Shown piece after piece: positions 27,951 through 37,565 of a stretch of 46,817 nt of DNA. How positions within the stretch are numbered: position 1 is the stretch's first letter; the number at the start of each line of letters is the position of its first letter. The stretch spans positions 1-46,817 of the forward strand of contig WLNK01000001.1 of NCBI GenBank assembly GCA_009699795.1. The letters are read 5' to 3'. This DNA is from Actinomycetota bacterium (GTDB lineage Bacteria; Actinomycetota; Actinomycetes; Nanopelagicales; Nanopelagicaceae). The notes below the pieces were generated by a model that was not told where the DNA came from, searched no databases, and saw only the letters and a list, made by a program, of their open reading frames with translations. The position numbers were made by a program, and so were the translations under genes.

Positions 27951-28452
27951 GGCAAGCGAACGGCCAATAATTGCAATTGATGGACCTGCAGGAGCTGGCA
28001 AAACAACGCTTGCTGCAACTATTAAAATGGCACTCGCACCGCAATTATCTGTTCAGGTGATTCACATGGATGATTTATATAACGGGTGGCGTTTTGCGCT
28101 GGGTAATGAATTAACTTCGGTGCTCCAAAATATTGTTAAAGCCCACCAAGATAAGAAACCATATGTATTTAATAAATATGACTGGAGTCAAGGTGATTTT
28201 GGTGAGGAACAGAATTTGGAATCTGCGGATTTATTGATTTTGGAAGGCGTTGGTAGCGGGCAACGTTCAATACGAGAGAATTTATCAACACTTATTTGGG
28301 TTGATATTGCACCCGTAGCCGGAGTTGCTCGCGTACTTAATCGAGACGGTTTTGATCTAGAGCCTCAAATGCGCGAGTGGCTTATCGCACAATCTCAACA
28401 CTTTCGGGCAAACTCGACACAAGAAGAATCAGAGTTCATCCTCACCAATTGA
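27916..28452 (+). CDS. Uridine-kinase-like P-loop small-molecule kinase
   Basis: IAIDGPAGAGKTT, IHMDDLY, YDW, LILEGVG, RDG; overlaps the pnuC 3' end by 35 bp. Confidence 0.85.
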   Translation: MDLIAALLDLCKASERPIIAIDGPAGAGKTTLAATIKMALAPQLSVQVIHMDDLYNGWRFALGNELTSVLQNIVKAHQDKKPYVFNKYDWSQGDFGEEQNLESADLLILEGVGSGQRSIRENLSTLIWVDIAPVAGVARVLNRDGFDLEPQMREWLIAQSQHFRANSTQEESEFILTN

Positions 28453-28480
28453 GAGGGTCCTTCTGCATAAAATGGCAGAT

Positions 28481-30394
28481 ATGTCTGACCTCACTGGCGA
28501 ATTAATTGATGGGCGATATCAGCTCATCCGCAATATTGCCGGCGGCGGAATGGCCACTATCTATGAAGCTCTAGATACTCGTCTTGATCGCAAGGTTGCT
28601 GTCAAAGTAATGCATCCGCATTTAGCTCAGGATGAAAAATTTGTGGAGAGATTCATTCGCGAAGCAAAAGCAGCAGCCGCGCTTTCACATCCAAATATTG
28701 TTTCTGTACAAGACCAAGGTTGGAACCAGAGTGGAGTTCCCGCTGTATTCATTGTCATGGAAATGGTTGAGGGTCACACGCTTCGAGAATATTTAAATGA
28801 GCAAGGTTCGATGACTGTCCGAGACGGGGTCAAATTTCTGCTTCCCATATTGAGCGCTCTTTCTGCGGCACACAAATTAGGAATTGTTCATAGAGATATC
28901 AAACCCGAAAACATTTTGATCTCTAAAGAGGGTCGTATAAAGATTGCGGATTTTGGGCTTGCTAAAGGAACTCTTATCGGTGAAACAATGACAGCGGAAG
29001 CAAGTGTCATTCTCGGAAGCGTTTCCTATCTTTCTCCTGAGCAAGTTTCTCGGGGAATTGCAGATCCCAGAAGCGATGTTTACTCAGTAGCGGTGACGGC
29101 TTTTGAAATGTTTACTGGAGAAAAACCTTTTTCCGGAGAAGAACCAATTCAAATTGCCTATATGCACGTTAATAACCGTGTCCCGAAGATGAGCGCCATG
29201 ACAAATAATATTCCTGAAGCGTTAGATGAGCTAATTTATCGAGCCACAAACGCAGATCCAGATAAGCGTCCACGCGATGCATCTGAATTTCATTTTGAAC
29301 TCTCAAAAATTTCAATTGCACTCGATCCTAAGCAAAACCAAATGAGTCTCGAACTCGATATTCCAGTGGAGCCCATGAGACCTTCAAGAAAATCTCGTAA
29401 AGAGAAAAATAAAGCGAAGAAGGACGAAAAGGAAAAAACAATAGTTCTGAAAGAACCAAGCATAAATAAGATAGAAACAACAGCTCAGGTTAGAAAACGT
29501 AAAAGAGTAAGCAAGCGAGTGCGTCGCAATAGATTTATTGCGTTTTTCCTAGCAATAGCGTTAGGGGCAGGCGGTTGGTATGTACTCATCGGACCTGGTT
29601 CTAAAGTTGTTGTTCCTTCCGTAATCGGTGGAACCGAGAGTGATGCACAAAGCACACTCAAGCCTTTAGGGCTTACATCTGCTGTTGTTGAAAAGCGCTT
29701 TGATGAAGAAATTCCTGAAGGACGAATTATCGAATCGATTCCTGGTGGTGGAGGTCGAGTAGATGCAAATGGTCAAGTAAAACTTGTAATCTCCAAAGGC
29801 CCAGAACGTTACGAAATACCTACCCTTGCGGGATTAACTCCTGAGGCTGCGGTAAATCTACTTGCCAAACTACCGATTAAAGTTGGAGATATCAGCGAGG
29901 AATTTAACTCGACTATTCCTAAGGGATTTGTAATTTCTTCAACACCTAAAACAGGTGAAAAAGTAAAGCGTGACTCCTTGATCAATATCCTGGTAAGCAA
30001 AGGTGTTGAAACGGTAAATCTTGATTCCTACGTTGGTAAGAGTCGTGATCAAGCGTTAAATGAACTCACCGATTCTGGATTTATTGTTGTCCCTAAAGAT
30101 GTTTATGATGAAAAAATAATGGCTGGCCTGGTAATTAGCCAAACCCCTGCTGGCGGAGCTCCTGCGACTAAGGGCTCAAAAATCACACTTTTAGTTTCAA
30201 AAGGATCTGAATATGTTTATATCCCTGAAGCAATCACAGGTAAATCGCTAGCTGAAGTAAAGAATTTACTTGCCGATCTTGAGATTGGAATTAAATTTAA
30301 TTACATCAAGAAGAGTGGCAAGAACTGGTCGATGACACCAAAGCCACCTCTAAAACTTAAGCGTGGAAGCAAGGTAACTATCAAGGTTTGGTAG
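28481..30394 (+). CDS. pknL: PASTA-domain Ser/Thr protein kinase (PknL/Stk1 type)
   Basis: GGMA, VAVK, HRDIKPEN, DFG, YLSPEQ; one TM; 3-4 PASTA repeats; next to the DAHP synthase region. Start 28481 or 28472. Confidence 0.93.
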   Translation: MSDLTGELIDGRYQLIRNIAGGGMATIYEALDTRLDRKVAVKVMHPHLAQDEKFVERFIREAKAAAALSHPNIVSVQDQGWNQSGVPAVFIVMEMVEGHTLREYLNEQGSMTVRDGVKFLLPILSALSAAHKLGIVHRDIKPENILISKEGRIKIADFGLAKGTLIGETMTAEASVILGSVSYLSPEQVSRGIADPRSDVYSVAVTAFEMFTGEKPFSGEEPIQIAYMHVNNRVPKMSAMTNNIPEALDELIYRATNADPDKRPRDASEFHFELSKISIALDPKQNQMSLELDIPVEPMRPSRKSRKEKNKAKKDEKEKTIVLKEPSINKIETTAQVRKRKRVSKRVRRNRFIAFFLAIALGAGGWYVLIGPGSKVVVPSVIGGTESDAQSTLKPLGLTSAVVEKRFDEEIPEGRIIESIPGGGGRVDANGQVKLVISKGPERYEIPTLAGLTPEAAVNLLAKLPIKVGDISEEFNSTIPKGFVISSTPKTGEKVKRDSLINILVSKGVETVNLDSYVGKSRDQALNELTDSGFIVVPKDVYDEKIMAGLVISQTPAGGAPATKGSKITLLVSKGSEYVYIPEAITGKSLAEVKNLLADLEIGIKFNYIKKSGKNWSMTPKPPLKLKRGSKVTIKVW

Positions 30395-30404
30395 GGTTGG
30401 GCGC

Positions 30405-31268
30405 ATGTCTTCGGTAGCGAAAAAACCGCGAATCGGAGCTCACACCCCCACAACTGGTGGAATGGCAAAGCGATCAATTGCTTATGCCGAAACAATTGGT
30501 GCCGAAGCAATTCAAGTATTTACCTCTAACCCTCGTGGTTGGGCAATGCCAGATACTAATCATGAAGCAGATGCGCTCTTTCGCGAAAAGACACAAAGCC
30601 TAGACATCGAAACCTACGTTCATGCTCCCTTCTTGATTAATCTCGGTTCACCAACTGAGGCAACATATAAAAACTCACTTGCCTCTACCGAATACTCACT
30701 TAAGCGAGGCAAAGAAATTGGTGCACTTGGCGTTGTGGTGCATACCGGCTCGGCTGTAAATGAAGACTTTGTTGCAAAAGCATGGAAGCAAATAAATAAG
30801 GGAATGATGCCAATCCTTAGCGCGCTGACAGATGACGCACCAATGCTTCTGCTTGAACCAACTGCTGGGCAAGGTCAATCACTTGTGAAAAAGTTAGATG
30901 ATTTAACGAATTACCTTAAAGCGCTCGAATATCATCCAAAAGTTGGCATCTGTTTGGATACCTGTCATGTTTTTGCTGCAGGTCATGACATCGCCAAAAA
31001 AGGTGGAATGAAAGAAACCCTTGATCTTCTCGTTGAAATTGCCGGTATAGAGAGAATTCAACTTATCCATGCAAATGACTCTATGGATGTCTGCGGTGCG
31101 CTTAAAGATCGTCATCAAAACATTGGTGATGGATTCATCGGGGTTGATCCATTTAAAGAGCTTCTCAAGCACCCCGCTGTTATAAATGCTCCTCTCATTT
31201 TGGAAACACCCGGAATGGAACCTGAACATGGCAAGGAAGTAGCACTGCTTAAGAAACTACGCGGATGA
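30405..31268 (+). CDS. nfo: Endonuclease IV
   Basis: IGAH, HAPFLINL, LLEPTAGQG, CLDTCH, HANDS, DRH, ILETP. Confidence 0.96.
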   Translation: MSSVAKKPRIGAHTPTTGGMAKRSIAYAETIGAEAIQVFTSNPRGWAMPDTNHEADALFREKTQSLDIETYVHAPFLINLGSPTEATYKNSLASTEYSLKRGKEIGALGVVVHTGSAVNEDFVAKAWKQINKGMMPILSALTDDAPMLLLEPTAGQGQSLVKKLDDLTNYLKALEYHPKVGICLDTCHVFAAGHDIAKKGGMKETLDLLVEIAGIERIQLIHANDSMDVCGALKDRHQNIGDGFIGVDPFKELLKHPAVINAPLILETPGMEPEHGKEVALLKKLRG

Positions 31269-32125
31269 GCGCACGTCATCAGCTTCAATTAAAACTCGCT
31301 CCTTGGGCACTCTTATCTGTATCAGCATCATGGGGCCTTGCCTTCGTAGTAATGAAAGATGCGCTCGTCAGACAAGATGTGATGAGTTTCTTATCAACGC
31401 GCTTTATTGTCGCTGTAATTGCAATGCTTGCGATTCGTCCTCAAGTCATTAAGAAGATCAATGGTGATTTACTCGTACGCGCAGCCGCAGCCGGATTCTT
31501 CCTTGGAACCGGATACATTTTTCAAACACTAGGTCTTGAGCGAACAGGAGCAGCAGTTACTGGTTTTGTTACTGGCCTCTATGTCGTACTCACTCCAGTA
31601 TTTGCCGCTTTATTTTTCCGTGAACGTATAACCAAACTAACTTGGTTCTGTGTTGCTCTAGCAACGATTGGATTGGCACTACTTTCGCTGCATGGTTGGT
31701 CCGTTGGTTTTGGTGAATTTTTAGTTTTTATTAGCGCAATTGCCTTTGCTGCTCACATTCTTGCACTCGGCAAATGGAGTTCTGGGCGAGATTCTTATGC
31801 CATGACTATCGTTCAACTTTCGGTCTGTGCGCTCTTAACCGGTGCCATTTCTCTCTCTCAAGGTTTTCAAGCGCCACCAGATAGCGGAGTTTGGTCGGTA
31901 GTTATTTTCACCGCAATTATTTGCACGGCCGTGGCATTTATCGTACAAACTTGGTCGCAGGCTCATATGACTTCAACAAAGGTGGCGGTAATCCTCACTA
32001 TGGAAGTTGTCTTTGCCGCACTCTTTGCCGTCATTTTTGGCGGAGAAGTTCTTACTTTCCAAGTCTTAAGCGGTGGAATACTCGTTCTCATTGCGATGTA
32101 TTTGATTGTCATCAAAGAGGCATGA
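31265..32125 (+). CDS. EamA/DMT family transporter
   Basis: About 10 TM helices in two repeats; WGLAF, RF, QTLGL, EVVFAA. Confidence 0.92.
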   Translation: MSARHQLQLKLAPWALLSVSASWGLAFVVMKDALVRQDVMSFLSTRFIVAVIAMLAIRPQVIKKINGDLLVRAAAAGFFLGTGYIFQTLGLERTGAAVTGFVTGLYVVLTPVFAALFFRERITKLTWFCVALATIGLALLSLHGWSVGFGEFLVFISAIAFAAHILALGKWSSGRDSYAMTIVQLSVCALLTGAISLSQGFQAPPDSGVWSVVIFTAIICTAVAFIVQTWSQAHMTSTKVAVILTMEVVFAALFAVIFGGEVLTFQVLSGGILVLIAMYLIVIKEA

Positions 32126-32138
32126 GAGGCTTCTGCAC

Positions 32139-33176
32139 ATGGCGATAGACCTTCGATCTGACACTGTCACAAAACCATCCAAAGCTATGCGCGAAGTTAT
32201 TGCAGCAGCACCTGTAGGCGATGATGTTTATGGTGATGACTCAACTGTAAATTCACTTGAAGAACGAGTCGCTGAAATGTTTGGGAAAGAAGCTGGACTA
32301 TTTACTCCAACTGGATCGCTTGCAAATCAATTAGCAATTCGCATGTTGGTTGCGCCGGGCGAGGAACTACTCGCTGAAACAAATTCTCACATTGTCAGAG
32401 CAGAATTAGGCGCTGCCGCCACTTTTAGCGGAATCACCACGCGCACTTGGCCAGCCAAGAACGGCTTGCTTAAGGCCAGTGACGCACTCGAAATTGCGCG
32501 ACCAAATTCTGGACCATATTTAGTATCAACAACTGCAATCGCCGTTGAAAATACACATAATTTTGGTGGCGGCACTGTCCAACCGCTTGAAGAGATAAAA
32601 GCGTTGCGTAAAGGCGCCGACGACCTTGGAGTAGCTCTTCATCTCGATGGCGCAAGAATTTGGAATGCCCATGTTGCATCAGGAGTTTCCTTCAAGGAAT
32701 ATGGAAAATATTTCGACACGATTAGCGTCTGTCTTTCTAAAGGACTTGGCGCTCCAGTTGGTTCTCTCATGCTCTCGACAAAAGATCGTGTGGCTAAAGC
32801 ACGTGTGTGGCGTAAGCGATATGGAGCGGGCATGCGCCAAATTGGCTTGCTAGCGGCTGCAGGTCATTATGCCCTCGATAATAATATTTCGCGGCTTTCA
32901 GAGGATCATCGTCTTGCAAAGAAAATTGCAGTAGCAGTTGCAGAGTTAAATCCAGCTCTTATCGACCCTACAACTGTTGACACTAATATCGTTGGTCTAG
33001 ATCTTGCATCCCTTGGAATGAGTGCAGCTGAACTTGCCACGACATTTCGCGAAAAAGGTTTATGGATTAGTGCTCTAGGTCCAAAATATGCGCGTCTTGT
33101 GACTCATCTAGATTTCAATGAAAGCCAATGTGATGAAGCAATTGAAATTTTAAAGAGCGCCCTCAAAGCGAAGTAG
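32139..33176 (+). CDS. ltaE: Low-specificity L-threonine aldolase (GntG-like PLP aldolase)
   Basis: IDLRSDTVT, GDDVYG, ENTHN, HLDGARIWNA, CLSKGLGAPVG. Confidence 0.93.
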   Translation: MAIDLRSDTVTKPSKAMREVIAAAPVGDDVYGDDSTVNSLEERVAEMFGKEAGLFTPTGSLANQLAIRMLVAPGEELLAETNSHIVRAELGAAATFSGITTRTWPAKNGLLKASDALEIARPNSGPYLVSTTAIAVENTHNFGGGTVQPLEEIKALRKGADDLGVALHLDGARIWNAHVASGVSFKEYGKYFDTISVCLSKGLGAPVGSLMLSTKDRVAKARVWRKRYGAGMRQIGLLAAAGHYALDNNISRLSEDHRLAKKIAVAVAELNPALIDPTTVDTNIVGLDLASLGMSAAELATTFREKGLWISALGPKYARLVTHLDFNESQCDEAIEILKSALKAK

Positions 33177-33644
33177 CCATTCTTTCTTATTTAATCCGTA
33201 GGCATAATTTCCCAGTGCTCCCCCAGTTTTAACAATGCGATGACAGGGAACAACAAGAACAATTGCGTTCTTTGCACAAGCACTGCCTGCCGCACGAACA
33301 GCGGCAGGACTGCCAGCTCGATCGGCTAAATCTGCATACGAAAGAGTTTTTCCGGGCACAACTTTGCGCATTGCCTTCCAGGCCGACTGAGAAAAAGCAG
33401 CACCTGGTTGGGAGACCTTTATTGAATTAATCGCAGATATATCGCCGTCGAAATAGTCATCTAGCAAATCTGAAACCACGGGAATTCGCTTTACTTCTTT
33501 AAATTCTCTCTCGTAATCTTCCAAAGACAAGCTCTCTCGCAAAGCTTTTTGAGTAGATAGATTTGCACCAAGGAGTAAATCTTGATCTGCAATGAGGTTT
33601 AAGACTCCTATTGGAGTTTTGTGCGAAGCAAAAAGAAGTGGCAC
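33150..33644 (-). CDS. ogt: Methylated-DNA--protein-cysteine methyltransferase
   Basis: SYADLA, AVRAAGSACAKN, PCHR active site; GTG start at 33644. Confidence 0.95.
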   Translation of the reverse strand: MPLLFASHKTPIGVLNLIADQDLLLGANLSTQKALRESLSLEDYEREFKEVKRIPVVSDLLDDYFDGDISAINSIKVSQPGAAFSQSAWKAMRKVVPGKTLSYADLADRAGSPAAVRAAGSACAKNAIVLVVPCHRIVKTGGALGNYAYGLNKKEWLLRFEGAL

Positions 33645-33654
33645 GTCGCCTAAA

Positions 33655-34998
33655 TTAGCGGTCGCGCAACATCTCTGCAACTAAAAATGCGAGCTCTAGA
33701 GATTGCGCGTGGTTAAGTCGAGGATCGCATGCCGTCTCATATCGTGAAGCTAAATCTTCTTCAGAAATCTTTTCGCCACCACCAACACACTCTGTTACAT
33801 CATCTCCAGTGAGCTCAATATGAATTCCACCTGGATGAGTGCCAAGAGCTTTGTGTACTTCAAAGAATCCCTTTACTTCATCCATGACATCATCGAATCG
33901 ACGAGTTTTATATCCCGATGGCGCTTCGTAAGTATTTCCATGCATTGGATCGCAAACCCAAAGCACTTTAGCGCCGGCCTTGGTGACGCCATCAACGAGA
34001 GCAGGGAGCGCTTCACGAATCTTGCCGGCACCCATACGAGTAATAAATGTAATTCGACCTGGTTCGTCATTCGGATTGAGCTTTTCAATCAGTGTGAGTG
34101 CATCTTTCACAGTCGAAGTTGGACCAAGCTTGATACCGATGGGGTTATTTACCTTTGCACAGAAATCAACATGTGCGCCATCGAGTTGACGTGTTCGCTC
34201 GCCAATCCAAAGGAAGTGCGCAGAAACGTCATAAGGAAGTTGGGTGCGAGAGTCGATGCGAGTGAGCGCCTTCTCGTATTCGAGAATAAGGGCTTCGTGG
34301 CTTGAGTAGAAATCAACGCTCTTAAATGAATCTGGGTCTGCGCCAGCCGATTTCATAAATGCAAGGGCTCGACCAATTTCGTCAGCCATTTTTTCGTAGC
34401 GATCACCAACGGAGGAATCGCGAATAAAGCCTTTATTCCATTCATGAACTTGTCGAAGGTCTGCAAAACCACCTTGAGTAAAAGCACGCACCAAATTCAG
34501 AGTTGCAGACGATGTGTTGTAAACGCGAACCAAGCGATGTGGATCGGGAGTTCTGGCACTTTCTGTAAATTCAAGGTCATTGACAGCATCGCCACGATAA
34601 GCGGGAAGCTTTACATCACCACGAGTTTCAAAATCGCTAGATCGTGGCTTGGCAAACTGCCCAGCCATGCGACCGACTTTAATTACTGGAAGGCTTGAGT
34701 AGTACTGCAGAACCGCAGCCATTTGAAGAATTGTTTTAATGCGATCGCGAATTGAATCTGCAGTTGCTGCTGCGAAAGTTTCTGCGCAATCGCCACCCTG
34801 TAACCAAAATGCTCGACCTTCTGCTGCTTCTGCAATGCGAGCTTTAAGATCATCACACTCTCCAGCAAAAACTAGCGGTGGCAGAGATTTAAGTTCTGCA
34901 ACAGCTGCTTTAACTGCAGGACCATCTACGCCACCAGGCCATTGTGGTTGCTGCGCAGCAACTAGCCCAGGGGTAAATAGATTTTCGATTGTTGTCAT
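33655..34998 (-). CDS. Class II DAHP synthase
   Basis: QGGDCAE, RMAGQFAKPRS, YRGD, WIGERTR, CDPMHGNT, CDPRLN. Confidence 0.97.
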   Translation of the reverse strand: MTTIENLFTPGLVAAQQPQWPGGVDGPAVKAAVAELKSLPPLVFAGECDDLKARIAEAAEGRAFWLQGGDCAETFAAATADSIRDRIKTILQMAAVLQYYSSLPVIKVGRMAGQFAKPRSSDFETRGDVKLPAYRGDAVNDLEFTESARTPDPHRLVRVYNTSSATLNLVRAFTQGGFADLRQVHEWNKGFIRDSSVGDRYEKMADEIGRALAFMKSAGADPDSFKSVDFYSSHEALILEYEKALTRIDSRTQLPYDVSAHFLWIGERTRQLDGAHVDFCAKVNNPIGIKLGPTSTVKDALTLIEKLNPNDEPGRITFITRMGAGKIREALPALVDGVTKAGAKVLWVCDPMHGNTYEAPSGYKTRRFDDVMDEVKGFFEVHKALGTHPGGIHIELTGDDVTECVGGGEKISEEDLASRYETACDPRLNHAQSLELAFLVAEMLRDR

Positions 34999-35040
34999 AG
35001 GTATAAGAGTAGATGTCAGAGGATTTATCTTGACGGGTAA

Positions 35041-36066
35041 TTACCCGAAGAAGATCTCTGTCTCCTTGTAGCGCTCAAGCGGAACTGTCTTTAACTTCTC
35101 AGTGGCCGTTGCTAGAGGTACGCGCACAATATCTGTGCCGTGAAGTGCAACCATCTTGCCCCAGTCGCCCTCAGAAGCCGCAGTAATTGCTTGAAGTCCA
35201 AAGCGAGTGGCCAGTACACGGTCGAATGCCGTTGGTGTTCCGCCGCGTTGGATGTGACCAAGAATTGTTGTGCGTGCTTCGTGGCCAGTTCTTTCTTCAA
35301 TCTTCTCAGAAAGCCAATCGCCAATTCCTGAAAGCTTTACGTGACCAAATGCATCAAGTTTTGCATCCTTTGTCACCATGTCGCCATCTTGAGGTATTGC
35401 ACCTTCTGCGACAACGATGATTGGTGCAAAACCATCCTTGTAACGGGATTCAACCCATTCACAAACTTTGTCGAGAGAGAACTTAATTTCTGGAATCAAA
35501 ATACATGTTGCACCGCCGGCGATTCCTGAGTGAAGCGCAATCCATCCAGCATGGCGTCCCATAACTTCTACGATAAGAAGACGGTGGTGTGATTCTGCTG
35601 TTGTGTGAAGGCGATCAATTGCTTCCATAGCGATATTTACAGATGTATCAAATCCAAATGTGTAATCCGTATTGTTAAGGTCATTATCGATTGTCTTTGG
35701 AACACCGATCACTTTTACGCCAAGTGCATCTAGCTTTGTAGCAACACCAAGAGTGTCTTCGCCACCAATTGCAATGAGCGCGTCAATTCCCTGATCGGCA
35801 AGGCTCTGTTTGATTCTTTCTACGCCGTTTTCAATTTTGAATGGGTTGGTGCGTGATGAACCAAGGATTGTTCCGCCCTTTGGCAAAATTCCACGAGTTG
35901 ATTCAAGTGTGAGTGGCATTGTGTAGTTCTCAAGCGGGCCTTTCCAGCCATCGCGAAAACCTACAAACTCATGTCCATATTCTTTTACGCCTTTGCGAAC
36001 GATGCCGCGAATAACAGCGTTAAGTCCTGGGCAATCTCCGCCACCTGTAAGTACACCAATACGCAT
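35041..36066 (-). CDS. pfkA: 6-phosphofructokinase, group III (PPi-type D104/K124 signature)
   Basis: TGGGDCPGLN, GGEDT, PKTIDND, EVMGR, GHIQRGG. Confidence 0.95.
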   Translation of the reverse strand: MRIGVLTGGGDCPGLNAVIRGIVRKGVKEYGHEFVGFRDGWKGPLENYTMPLTLESTRGILPKGGTILGSSRTNPFKIENGVERIKQSLADQGIDALIAIGGEDTLGVATKLDALGVKVIGVPKTIDNDLNNTDYTFGFDTSVNIAMEAIDRLHTTAESHHRLLIVEVMGRHAGWIALHSGIAGGATCILIPEIKFSLDKVCEWVESRYKDGFAPIIVVAEGAIPQDGDMVTKDAKLDAFGHVKLSGIGDWLSEKIEERTGHEARTTILGHIQRGGTPTAFDRVLATRFGLQAITAASEGDWGKMVALHGTDIVRVPLATATEKLKTVPLERYKETEIFFG

Positions 36067-36148
36067 AAAAACTCCAAAAGATTGAGAATTAAAAACTGGT
36101 CATCATTGACTGGCACAGTCTAGCCTTGCCCCATGAGGATTAAAAATT

Positions 36149-37564
36149 ATGGGGAATAGAAAACTCGTCGCTGGCGTGGACTCCTCAACTCAGTCCTCAA
36201 AAATAGTGATTCGAGATGCGCAAACTGGCGAGCTTATTCGACAAGGTCGCGCCCCTCATCCTGACGGAACAGAAGTTGATCCAACTCACTGGGCAACTGC
36301 AATTAACTCAGCAATTAAAGAAGCAGGCGGATTGGATGACGTCGATGCAATTTCGATTGGCGGTCAACAGCATGGAATGGTTGCGATGGATAAGGATGGA
36401 AAGGTTATTCGTCCTGCACTTCTTTGGAATGACACTCGTTCTGCAAAAGCCGCAGCGGATTTAAATGCCGAACTCGGTGGTGATGCTAAAACTGCAGACC
36501 AAGTTGGATCTGTACTCGTTGCAGCTTTCACCGCTTCGAAACTTAGATGGCTTGCAGATAATGAAAAGGAAAACGCTGTAAAAGTGCGCGCAGTTGCACT
36601 CCCTCACGACTGGGTATCTTGGCAACTCACGGGTGGCAAAGATTTAACAAAGCTATTTTCAGATCGAAGTGATGCATCAGGTACTGGCTATTTCGATCCA
36701 ACAAATTCGCAATATCGGCGTGACATTTTGTCTATGGCACTTCGAAGCCAGGAAGAAATTACCCTTCCAACAATCATTGCTCCTTCTGCCTTTGGCGCGA
36801 GAACTACTTCGGGTATACCAATCGCTGCGGGCGCCGGAGATAACGCAGCGGCGGCTCTTGGTGTACAGGCAGAGCCAGGAGATGTCGTTGTTTCACTCGG
36901 CACAAGTGGAACAGCATTTGCCGTATCTGATACTCCAACACATGATCCGTCAGCAGCCGTAGCAGGATTCGCAGATGCTACTGGTCGATACCTACCGCTT
37001 GTCTGTACCTTGAATGCCGCAAGAATTCTTGATGCAGCAACACACATTCTTGGAAAAACACATAATGAAATTGGAGAGCTAGCGCTGACTTCCGTACCGG
37101 GTGCACATGGCTTAACTCTGCTTCCTTACTTTGAAGGTGAACGCACGCCAAATCGCCCAACTGCAACAGGAACACTCTCTGGAATGAATTTAAATAATTC
37201 AAATCCAGCAGATATTGCTCGAGCCATGATTGAAGGAATGTTGTGTGGCTTGGTGGATGCAGTAGATGCTCTTTCTCAATTGGGCGTTGGCGTAAAACGC
37301 ATTCTTCTCATTGGAGGAGCCGCAAAGAATCCAGCAATTGCATCGATTGCTTCTGCCCTTTTTGGCCATGAAGTTCTTGTTCCACCTCCTGGTGAATATG
37401 TTGCAGATGGAGCAGCAAGACAAGCAGCATGGGCTTTACTTGAAAGTCAGAGCGCTCCAGTTTGGAACCTTGGAAAAATTGAGAGCGTCACATCGAAGCC
37501 GACACCAGAAGTTGTAGAAAAATACCGAACACTTCGCGATCGAACTATCAGTTGGGAAAAATAA
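36149..37564 (+). CDS. xylB: Xylulokinase (FGGY family)
   Basis: GVDSSTQSSK, GQQHG, LWND.R, SDASGT, GDNAAAA, SLGTSG, GERTP. Confidence 0.9.
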   Translation: MGNRKLVAGVDSSTQSSKIVIRDAQTGELIRQGRAPHPDGTEVDPTHWATAINSAIKEAGGLDDVDAISIGGQQHGMVAMDKDGKVIRPALLWNDTRSAKAAADLNAELGGDAKTADQVGSVLVAAFTASKLRWLADNEKENAVKVRAVALPHDWVSWQLTGGKDLTKLFSDRSDASGTGYFDPTNSQYRRDILSMALRSQEEITLPTIIAPSAFGARTTSGIPIAAGAGDNAAAALGVQAEPGDVVVSLGTSGTAFAVSDTPTHDPSAAVAGFADATGRYLPLVCTLNAARILDAATHILGKTHNEIGELALTSVPGAHGLTLLPYFEGERTPNRPTATGTLSGMNLNNSNPADIARAMIEGMLCGLVDAVDALSQLGVGVKRILLIGGAAKNPAIASIASALFGHEVLVPPPGEYVADGAARQAAWALLESQSAPVWNLGKIESVTSKPTPEVVEKYRTLRDRTISWEK

Positions 37565-37565
37565 C

